From assembly GCA_044225365.1 (NCBI GenBank), contig JBGAIQ010000076.1, positions 1-23,308 on the forward strand: DNA of 23,308 nt, in the 5' to 3' direction. Under the pieces are notes generated by a model, which was given only the letters and a program-made list of their open reading frames with translations, was not told the DNA's origin and made no database searches. Shown piece by piece: positions 1 to 7,345 of the stretch; positions within the stretch are counted from its first letter, which is position 1, and each line of letters begins with the position of its first letter. Origin of the DNA: Planctomycetota bacterium. GTDB lineage: Bacteria; Planctomycetota; B15-G4; JADJEK01. The translations under genes were made by a program, and so were the position numbers.

Positions 1-66
1 TATCCTGAATGCAGTGGATCTGATTGCTTAGAAACGGACGCGGGAAATCAACTTGCCTTTCTCGTC

Positions 67-197
67 GGCTCGCCGGGCTCCGCCCCGCCTGTCATGTGGA
101 GTGCCGGGCGGAGCCCGGCGGTCCGGGGAGGGCGAATCGGACCGCCACGCTCCAGCGTGGCATGGATATGGACATGCCGGGCATAGCCCGGCGCTCC
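67..197. repeat. Cluster of four REP-like palindromes arranged as two inverted doublets (REPIN/BIME-like)
   Basis: Units: GGCTC-GCCGGGC-TCC-GCCCCGC (67-88); reverse-strand GGACC-GCCGGGC-TCC-GCCCGGC (103-124); GGACC-GCCACGC-TCCA-GCGTGGC (139-161); reverse-strand GGAGC-GCCGGGC-TAT-GCCCGGC (176-197). Positions 71-85 and 106-120 are a perfect 15-bp inverted repeat. Confidence 0.7.
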
Positions 198-244
198 CCG
201 GCGGCGGTCCATGCGGTACGATCCATGGAACGAGGGAACGAGTC

Positions 245-2158
245 ATGAAACGAATCGCCAGGATCGCGACGAGAGGGCTCATCGTCCTCATCGGAACGCA
301 GTCGATCGAGATCGCGCGAGCGCAATTGCCGTCGCAGATCGATCTCTCCACGCTCGGTCCGCTCGGCATCACGATCTCCGGCGCGAGCGCGAACTCCAAG
401 CTCGGGGCGGCGCTGGCGGACGGGTTCGACATCGACGGCGACGGACGCTGCGATCTCGCGATCGCCGGCTGGCAGGACGATCCGCTCGGTCGAATCGATG
501 CGGGCTCGGTCGAGGTCGTGCTGCATCCCGACCCCGCATTCTCGGCCCTCGATCTCGCCGCGCCCGCGAGCAACGTCGTGAGAGTCGCGGGAGCGAAGGC
601 GGGCGACGCGTGCGGCGTCGCGCTCGCATCGGGCTTCGACTTCAACGGCGACGGATACCTCGATCTCGCGATCGGGGCGTTTCGCGCGGACCCGCTCGGG
701 CGCGTCGATGCGGGCGTCGTCTACGTCGTGCTCGGGCGGACGACGTTCCCGTCGACGATCGATCTGCTCGCGAATCCGAACGGCGTCATCGAGATCCTCG
801 GGGCCGCGCCGAACGATGGCCTCGGAGTCGCGATCGCATCGGCGGGCGACGTCGATCACGACGGTATGGGCGATCTTCTCCTCGGCGCGCCGTTCAGCAG
901 CCCGCTCGGGCGCGGAAGCGCGGGGACGGCGTATCTGCTGCGCGGGCGCGCGAGTTCGCTCGCGACGCACGACGTCGTCGATCTCGCGCAGGGCGGTGGG
1001 CCGCTCGCGCCGCGGATGTTTCTCGGCGCGCTCCCCGGCGATCGGCTCGGCAATTCGCTCGCGGGAGGACTGACGCGCGGGGGCCAGAGCGCGATCGCGC
1101 TCGGCGCGCCGTTCGCCGATCCCGCGGGACGACTCGATGCCGGAGCCATCTACGTCGTGAATGCGAGCGGGCCTCTCGTCATCGATCTCGCGACGCCGCC
1201 TCCGGCGCTACTGAAGATCGAAGGCGCGAGCGCCGGGGATCAGCTCGCGACATCGCTCGCGAACGGATCCAACGCCTCCGATCTCGATGCAGACGGCGCA
1301 AACGATCTGCTCGCGGGATCGTTCCGCGCGTCGTCGGCCAGCTCGAACGGGTGCGGGCGCGTCGACGCGATCTCCGTGGCCACGCTCGCGACGTCGATCG
1401 ACCTCCTGCAATCGGGATCGTCGATCGCGACGATCTTCGGCAGCAGCGCGAGTTCCCAACTGGGCTACGCGACCTCGTTCGCGGCCGACATCGACGGCAA
1501 CGGAACGAGCGACTTCGTCATGGGCATGCGCGGCTTCGACGGGGCGAGCGGAGTCGATGCCGGCGCCGCCGTCGTCGTGATGCGATCCGCGAGTTCACCC
1601 GCGATCGTCGATCTCTCCGCGCCGCTCGGCGTCCACGTCGCGACCGCGACCGGCGCGCAAGCGTTCGATCGCGCGGGCTACGCGATCGCCGAAGGCGGTG
1701 ATCTCGACGGCGACGGCTTCCTCGACATCCTGATCGGCGCGATCAACGCGGCGCCATCCTTCAGCACCACGGTCTCGCCGGGCGCGGTGTACGCGCTGTT
1801 CTCGAACACCACGGACCTCTCGTTCGTGCCGTCGGTGGTCGGCAGCGCCGCGGCCGGCGGCACGCTCGATCTCACGTGGAAGGGAACTCCCGGAGCGAGT
1901 GCGTTCGCGCTTCTGTCATCGCAAGTCCACTTCCCGCCGATCCCGATCTGGCCGCATCGATATGGACTCGCACTCGATCCCGCCGCGCTCGTCGTGGTCG
2001 GTCCGTTCCCGCTCGGCGCGAGCGATGGCGCGCTCGGGTTCGCGCTGCCGTTCCCGCCCGTGCCCGCGCTCTTGGGCGCGAGCTTCGCCCTGCAAGCGTT
2101 CGCGAGCCTCGGAGGCGCAGGGGATTTCAGCAAGGCGTACGCCTTCGTCCTGCCTTGA
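245..2158 (+). CDS. Secreted FG-GAP (integrin-alpha-type beta-propeller) repeat protein with a C-terminal beta-rich domain
   Basis: ATG at 245 follows GAGGGA and opens a signal-like N-terminus (MKRIARI...IARA|Q). Repeated DxDGDGxxDLxIGA and GAPFADPxGRxDAG motifs (DIDGDGRCDL, DFNGDGYLDL, DVDHDGMGDL, DLDADGANDL, DIDGNGTSDF, DLDGDGFLDI). The ORF-track start at 53 runs through the REP cluster and is unlikely. Confidence 0.88.
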   Translation: MKRIARIATRGLIVLIGTQSIEIARAQLPSQIDLSTLGPLGITISGASANSKLGAALADGFDIDGDGRCDLAIAGWQDDPLGRIDAGSVEVVLHPDPAFSALDLAAPASNVVRVAGAKAGDACGVALASGFDFNGDGYLDLAIGAFRADPLGRVDAGVVYVVLGRTTFPSTIDLLANPNGVIEILGAAPNDGLGVAIASAGDVDHDGMGDLLLGAPFSSPLGRGSAGTAYLLRGRASSLATHDVVDLAQGGGPLAPRMFLGALPGDRLGNSLAGGLTRGGQSAIALGAPFADPAGRLDAGAIYVVNASGPLVIDLATPPPALLKIEGASAGDQLATSLANGSNASDLDADGANDLLAGSFRASSASSNGCGRVDAISVATLATSIDLLQSGSSIATIFGSSASSQLGYATSFAADIDGNGTSDFVMGMRGFDGASGVDAGAAVVVMRSASSPAIVDLSAPLGVHVATATGAQAFDRAGYAIAEGGDLDGDGFLDILIGAINAAPSFSTTVSPGAVYALFSNTTDLSFVPSVVGSAAAGGTLDLTWKGTPGASAFALLSSQVHFPPIPIWPHRYGLALDPAALVVVGPFPLGASDGALGFALPFPPVPALLGASFALQAFASLGGAGDFSKAYAFVLP

Positions 2159-2171
2159 TGGAGATGCGAAA

Positions 2172-5096
2172 TCAGACGGGTTCGTCGTTCGTCGACTCGG
2201 ACTTGATCTCCTCGGCGTCGCGCCGCGCATTGCCGCGGATCCGCGCGTAGCCGAGCGAGATCGCGAGGAGGATTCCGCCGAGCACGAGGAACGAAACGAT
2301 GCGGCCGATCGTGTCGAAGGTCGTGAACGCGCGCTCGATGGTGATCGCGAGCGCGATGCCGAGGATCGCGAGCCCGCCCACGCGCAGCGCGCGCGACGAA
2401 ATGGCGAAACCGGCCGCAGTCACCACGAGCCCTTCGATGGCGAAGGCGACGCTGAGCGAGAACCCGGAGCGCGTCCGCGCGAGGTAGATGAAAGTGAGCG
2501 CGGCCGCACCGAGGTGGAGTGCGTCGGCGCCAAAGCGTGCGACGAGCGATTCGACCGCCAGCGTTCGAAGGTCCGGCTCCGTGGAAAGCCGCTTCTGGTG
2601 AACGCGCACGAGTCCCCCGCAGAGAAGAAACGCCGTCAGGCCGGCGAACGTGAAGGCGACCGTGCCATCGATGTTGCGGAATGCCGGGAGCCGCTCGAAG
2701 TCATCGCCCAGCGATGCCGTCAGCAGGAAGAGTGCGAGTAGATAACCTTGCAGGCGCAAGTCGGCGTCGCGCAGGACCGTCCCCGCGCCGAACAGCGCGA
2801 CGAGCACGACCGACTCGGGGACGAGGGCGCCGCCGTTGGGGTAGATCACGGTGAGGAGATGCAAGAGCGTCGCGAGCGAGAAGTAGGAGAGCGCACGTCC
2901 CATGAACCGATCGAACACGTCGGCGCGGTCTCGTCCCGCCGCTTCGAGTTGCCGCACGCGCCACCACATCGAGTAGAGGATCACGAGGGAAGGCAAGGTC
3001 GTGAGGAGGCGCGACGGATAGCCGTGGTACTCCAGCGTCGACGAAATGCTCTGCTCGCCGAGAGCGACGCAGCAGAAGATCGAGAAGGCGTAGGCCGCGC
3101 CCCGAATCGCGGATTCCGAGAAGGCGATGCCGACCTCGAGCAGCACGAGCGCGATCGCGACGAAGTACGGTCCGACGAGTTCGTCGCGCGCATGGATCGA
3201 GACGATCGACGAGAGCAGGATCGTCGCCGCGCTCGAGTAGAGCAACTTCGTGAAGCCGAATCCTGACCTCGAGTCCCCTCTGCCGCGCCCGAGCGCGACG
3301 ACGAGCGTGAAGAGCAGGATCGAGGTCGCGATCGAGGACGGAATCGCGACGACGACTCCGTGGACGAGCGTGGTCCGATTCACCAGGACGCCGAGAGCCA
3401 CGAGAATCGCATACGCCGCGGCGATGTGCGTCTGCAGCCGCAGGTCGCTCAGCTCGAAACGCCGGCCGACGCCGAGCAGCAGGAGAGAGAAGAGCAGCGT
3501 CGAGGGCGCGAGCGCGTAGATCGGCAGTTGGATCCAGAGCGTGAGGACGACGAGGAGTCCGCCGGCCCACGACGTGAACGATGCGAGCGCGATGTCGAGC
3601 GCGCTCTTCTTGCTCTCGGCGAATCGACGCTGCTGCGCGAATGCGTGATAGAAGCAGAGAGTCGCCACGGTCGTGAAGAGGAGCGAACCGGAATCGTACG
3701 CGCCGTCCACCTGATGCATCCGCGCTCCGCCGTCGTGGATCACGATGCCGGCGAGCGGGGCGAGGAAGAAGACGACTCCAAAGCGGCGCAGCCGCGCATC
3801 GTCGAAGGCAAGTCCGAGCAGCATTGCGATCTCGGCTTCCGCGAGCCAGATCCACGCCGCGTCGCGCAGATCGAATCGCAGCCACGCCGCGTAGCCGAGC
3901 GCGAGCGTCGCGAGCAGCGTGTGCGCGCCGGCGACGACATCGCGCTTCTGGATTCGCGAAAGCGTCGCAGTGAGCACGTACGCGCAACCGATCACGAACG
4001 CAGGGACGTAGAGCCGCTCGGCGCTGTACAGCGACCAAACGAGCGTGCCGAGCATCACCGCGCTCGAACCGTTCAGCAGCGCGACGAGCCGAGGTTTCCA
4101 CGCCGGCGTCACCGTGAGGTCGCGCGAGGAGAAATCGGCGGCGAGGAAGACGAGCCAGTCGATGCCGATCGCGGCGAGTGCGATGTACCGTTGCTCCGAG
4201 TCGATGTACTCCTGCCGCAGGTACCACAGCAGCACCGAGCCGTACGTCGAGACGATTCCGGAGATCGCGAGGAAGTACCAGCGCCGGCGCACGAGATGCA
4301 GGAGCGAGCCGACGCCGAGGAGGGTCGCGGCGGCGACGGTATAGAGTTCGACGCTGTGGATCACGATCGCGGAGTACGCGAGCGAGTACGCGATCGATGT
4401 CACCGCCTGCGTCCGATAAGTGAGCGAATGGACGATCATCCCCGCGGCGACGCCGATGAGGACCACGAAGCCGAGCCTCGGGTCGTCGATGATGCGCGTC
4501 GCCGGCAGGCCGTGGATCGCGTACGCAGTGACGAAGAGCGCGGCCCATCCGCCCGCGATCAGACCTCGCGCCTGGAATCGGTAGTGCGGCTTCCGTTCGA
4601 GGAAGCACCCGAAGAGGAGCAGGGCGAGCGACGTGACGGTCGAGAGCGCCGCCTTGCCCGGCGCGCCGAGACGATGGAACGTGTACCCGAGCGCGAACGT
4701 GATCCCGAGCACCACGAGGGCGATGCCGATGCGATTCAGCACCGCGCCGCCGATCCACTGCTCCCAGTCGCGACCGCGCGGCGGCGTCACGCGGGGCGGG
4801 GCCTCTTCGACTCGGGGCGGCGATGGAGCCGCTTGCGCGAGAGGCTCGCCTTGGAGCGGCGCCACCACGAGGGGAGCCGGCTCCTCGGCGCGGGGCTCGG
4901 AGTCCCACCGTTGCGGTTCGGGGGCGGGCGCGGCTTCGAACGTCGGCGACGGCGATGTCCGCGTCTTGAGCGCCGAGAGCCGAGCGACCGCCTGCCGAAG
5001 ACTCTCGATGTCGCGCGATTGGCGTATCGTCCAGACGAGGGCGATGGGGCCGCTCAGGACGATCACGATCACGATCAAGACGCCGATCAGCTCCAT
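2172..5096 (-). CDS. DUF2339 family multi-pass membrane protein
   Basis: 974 aa. N-terminal TM plus short coiled segment, Pro-rich linker, WEQWIGGAVLNRIG motif, more than 20 hydrophobic segments, and C-terminal RIVSFLVLGGILLAISLGY, all typical of DUF2339. Confidence 0.85.
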   Translation of the reverse strand: MELIGVLIVIVIVLSGPIALVWTIRQSRDIESLRQAVARLSALKTRTSPSPTFEAAPAPEPQRWDSEPRAEEPAPLVVAPLQGEPLAQAAPSPPRVEEAPPRVTPPRGRDWEQWIGGAVLNRIGIALVVLGITFALGYTFHRLGAPGKAALSTVTSLALLLFGCFLERKPHYRFQARGLIAGGWAALFVTAYAIHGLPATRIIDDPRLGFVVLIGVAAGMIVHSLTYRTQAVTSIAYSLAYSAIVIHSVELYTVAAATLLGVGSLLHLVRRRWYFLAISGIVSTYGSVLLWYLRQEYIDSEQRYIALAAIGIDWLVFLAADFSSRDLTVTPAWKPRLVALLNGSSAVMLGTLVWSLYSAERLYVPAFVIGCAYVLTATLSRIQKRDVVAGAHTLLATLALGYAAWLRFDLRDAAWIWLAEAEIAMLLGLAFDDARLRRFGVVFFLAPLAGIVIHDGGARMHQVDGAYDSGSLLFTTVATLCFYHAFAQQRRFAESKKSALDIALASFTSWAGGLLVVLTLWIQLPIYALAPSTLLFSLLLLGVGRRFELSDLRLQTHIAAAYAILVALGVLVNRTTLVHGVVVAIPSSIATSILLFTLVVALGRGRGDSRSGFGFTKLLYSSAATILLSSIVSIHARDELVGPYFVAIALVLLEVGIAFSESAIRGAAYAFSIFCCVALGEQSISSTLEYHGYPSRLLTTLPSLVILYSMWWRVRQLEAAGRDRADVFDRFMGRALSYFSLATLLHLLTVIYPNGGALVPESVVLVALFGAGTVLRDADLRLQGYLLALFLLTASLGDDFERLPAFRNIDGTVAFTFAGLTAFLLCGGLVRVHQKRLSTEPDLRTLAVESLVARFGADALHLGAAALTFIYLARTRSGFSLSVAFAIEGLVVTAAGFAISSRALRVGGLAILGIALAITIERAFTTFDTIGRIVSFLVLGGILLAISLGYARIRGNARRDAEEIKSESTNDEPV

Positions 5097-5264
5097 GACG
5101 AGCTCCGAAGGGTCCCGTTCGATGTGGACACCGAACGTTCAGGCGCGAGCTTTTCGTGACCACCACCGATCGAATCGACCGCGGGGCGCCTCTGCCGCGC
5201 CGATCGTGAGCCGATCCTTCAAGTCGCGTCCGAACCGGACCTTCCGCAACTCGCAACGCGGGGA

Positions 5265-5293
5265 GCCCTCCTCGGACGAAGTCCGAGGAAGGC
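5265..5293. terminator. GC-rich hairpin downstream of the GyrI-like gene; possible terminator
   Basis: GCCCTCCTCGGAC-GAA-GTCCGAGGAAGGC forms a 13-bp stem with one mismatch, about 24 nt after the stop at 5317. No U-tract. Confidence 0.35.
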
Positions 5294-5316
5294 ACGACGC
5301 GTGCCGGACGCGGGCA

Positions 5317-6549
5317 TCACCCCTCGATCGGCCAGATGATCTGCGTGCGCCACTTCGCGGGGTCGGGCTCGAGGCCGGGGTCGGTCCAGTAGATCTCCCA
5401 ATACCCGCCCGCGGACTTCACGCCCTGCGCCTTCATCCAGTCCTCGAGGATCTTCACGGTCTTCTGGAGCTCCTGGTACGGGCCGATGTGCCAGGTCGTG
5501 GCCACGCGACCGCCGGGCAGCGTGCTCGCTTGAACCGTTTCGGTTCCCTTTGCTTTGCCGGTGACCGGGATGCCGGCTTCGAGGTCGTAGTACGCGCCGT
5601 CGCTCGAGTGGAAGCGCGCGAACGGGGGCGCCGAGATCGCCGCGCCGGACATCGCGAGCGCCTGACCGACTCGCGGCAGCATCGATGCGAGAGCCTTGCT
5701 CACCTCGTCGACCTTCACCTTCTGCCGCACGGTGAGGCATTCTCTCGCTTCGATCTTGGTGATCGAGCAGACGCCGTGTTCACCCGCCTTCGTCGCGCGC
5801 TTGCTCGCGTCCTTCTTCGCTTCGAGGATTCGTGCGGGCGGCGCGACCGACGCGGCATCGAGAGCTGCATTCCATTCGATGCTGGTGAAACGGAAGACGA
5901 TGGGATTGCCCGCGACCTCCATCGTCTTCACGTGGGGGAATTGGATCCCGTCGACGGCCTTCCAGTCGGAGAACACGAGCCGCACGTCGAACGTGCCGCC
6001 TTGCGGATCGGGCAGCTTCGAAGCGTAGCCATCGGGAAGGAGCGTCTTGCAGTCGAGGTACCAGGTCTCCGGGGCGCCGGACTTCGGCACCATCTTGATG
6101 AGGTAGTGGGGCCGTCCGTCGAGGTCTTCTCGTTTCTCCGTCTCCGCGGATTCGTAGAGCGAGCGCCACGGCGCCCTTCGCTCGATCGCGAAGTAGTGCT
6201 CGGTCGTCGAGCGGTTCGGGCTGTCCTCGATCGTGATGCCGACCGCGTGGTCCTCGCTCCAGCAGAACTCGCCGGTCGAGCCTTGGGTGGCGGAGTCGCC
6301 CTTGCCCATGCTCCACTTCACTTGATTCGTGCCGAGCCAGGCCTGGACGAAGGGGTAGCCTCCGCCGCCTTCCGAGCCGCCGAGCGTGCCCTTCATCAAC
6401 AGCCCCTTCGGCGCCTTTCGCGCCTCGAGTCCGCCGATCGCGACTTCCATCTTGTCGAGCAGCTCCTCCGCCTTGGGAAGCGGATCGTCGAATCGCGTGA
6501 GTGCGCTGAGGCCGAGGCCGACCAAGGGAGCGATGAGAACGGAAAGCAT
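5317..6549 (-). CDS. Exported protein with an N-terminal LolA-like/lipoprotein-sorting-like beta domain and a C-terminal GyrI-like small-molecule-binding domain
   Basis: GGAGG RBS and hydrophobic N-terminus. N-domain motifs LPKAEELLDKM..AIGG, WYLDCKTLLP and FSDWKAVDGIQFPH. C-domain motifs PFARFH, LPGGRVATTWHIGPYQEL and WEIYWTDPG..WRTQIIWP are typical of GyrI-like domains. Confidence 0.8.
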   Translation of the reverse strand: MLSVLIAPLVGLGLSALTRFDDPLPKAEELLDKMEVAIGGLEARKAPKGLLMKGTLGGSEGGGGYPFVQAWLGTNQVKWSMGKGDSATQGSTGEFCWSEDHAVGITIEDSPNRSTTEHYFAIERRAPWRSLYESAETEKREDLDGRPHYLIKMVPKSGAPETWYLDCKTLLPDGYASKLPDPQGGTFDVRLVFSDWKAVDGIQFPHVKTMEVAGNPIVFRFTSIEWNAALDAASVAPPARILEAKKDASKRATKAGEHGVCSITKIEARECLTVRQKVKVDEVSKALASMLPRVGQALAMSGAAISAPPFARFHSSDGAYYDLEAGIPVTGKAKGTETVQASTLPGGRVATTWHIGPYQELQKTVKILEDWMKAQGVKSAGGYWEIYWTDPGLEPDPAKWRTQIIWPIEG

Positions 6550-6598
6550 GTAGTCCCTCCTCGAGGACGTGTAGGGGTTATCCTACGGGCAGTACGGA

Positions 6599-7345
6599 AT
6601 GGCCAAGAAAGCTCATCGCCCTTTTCTGGAATCCGGGAGAAACGCCGCGTTCCCGACCACGTGTTGGTCGCAGATCGCGCCGGCGCCGCAGGGGCCCACG
6701 CGCGACGAGGCGATCGCTGCGCTCGCGCGCGATTACTTCAAGCCCGTGGTCGCGTACTTCCGCGCCGCGTTTCGACTCCCCGATGCACAGGCAGGAGACC
6801 TCGCGCAGGAGTTCTTCGTCGCCGTTCTCGAGAAGAAACTCCTCGACCTGGCGGATGCGGGACGCGGCAGCTTCCGCGGTTTCCTGAAGTGCGCGCTTCG
6901 GAACTTCGCGATCGACCAGAGACGTCGCGAACGCGCCGTGCGTCGCGGCGGAGATGTCCACGTCGTGTCGATCGACTCGCCCGCTTCCGCCGAGGATCTT
7001 CGCTCGCTCGAGGACGGGACGCCCGCACTCGACGATCGCTGGCGGCGCGATCTCGTGGAAGGCGCCCTCGAAGGAGTGCGCGAGCAACTGACGTCGAAGG
7101 GTCGCGCGGCGCAGTTCGCTATCTTTCGCGACTACTTCTTGTCCGACGAATCCAGCTCGAAGTCGGTCGACTACGGCGCCATCGCCGCGCGTCATGGCGT
7201 CACGCTCGCCGAAGTCTCGAACGCACTGCAGCGAACGAAAGCGCTCTTTCGCGAGGAGCTCCGCGCGCGCGTAATGCGCACTGTGCGCAACGAAGACGAA
7301 TTGCGCGAAGAGCTCGAGTGGCTGTTCGGAAAGGGAAAGCCGTGA
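6599..7345 (+). CDS. ECF sigma factor of the Ser/Thr-kinase-associated type
   Basis: FPTTCWSQI N-terminal motif; region 2 (YFKPVVAY...AGDLAQEFF...RGSFRGFLKCALRNFAID); RRGG linker; region 4 HTH (YGAIAARHGVTLAEVSNALQR). Its stop overlaps the kinase start (GTGA). Confidence 0.88.
   Translation: MAKKAHRPFLESGRNAAFPTTCWSQIAPAPQGPTRDEAIAALARDYFKPVVAYFRAAFRLPDAQAGDLAQEFFVAVLEKKLLDLADAGRGSFRGFLKCALRNFAIDQRRRERAVRRGGDVHVVSIDSPASAEDLRSLEDGTPALDDRWRRDLVEGALEGVREQLTSKGRAAQFAIFRDYFLSDESSSKSVDYGAIAARHGVTLAEVSNALQRTKALFREELRARVMRTVRNEDELREELEWLFGKGKP

Noticed and set aside
1-31. Possible 3' end of an upstream gene (ILNAVDLIA*)
   Set aside because: Only nine codons are visible, so it cannot be supported or identified.
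245-1800. Recurring DNA similarity (e.g. GA[TC]CCGCTCGG, GACGGCGACGG) as a possible CRISPR or repeat array
   Set aside because: It is explained by FG-GAP protein repeats. There are no constant repeats with unique spacers and no cas genes.
4633-7341. 1678-aa ORF suggesting a giant kinase
   Set aside because: The N-terminal ~900 codons overlap the real minus-strand genes and an alternative frame of the sigma gene. Kinase-like sequence begins at the GTG at 7342.
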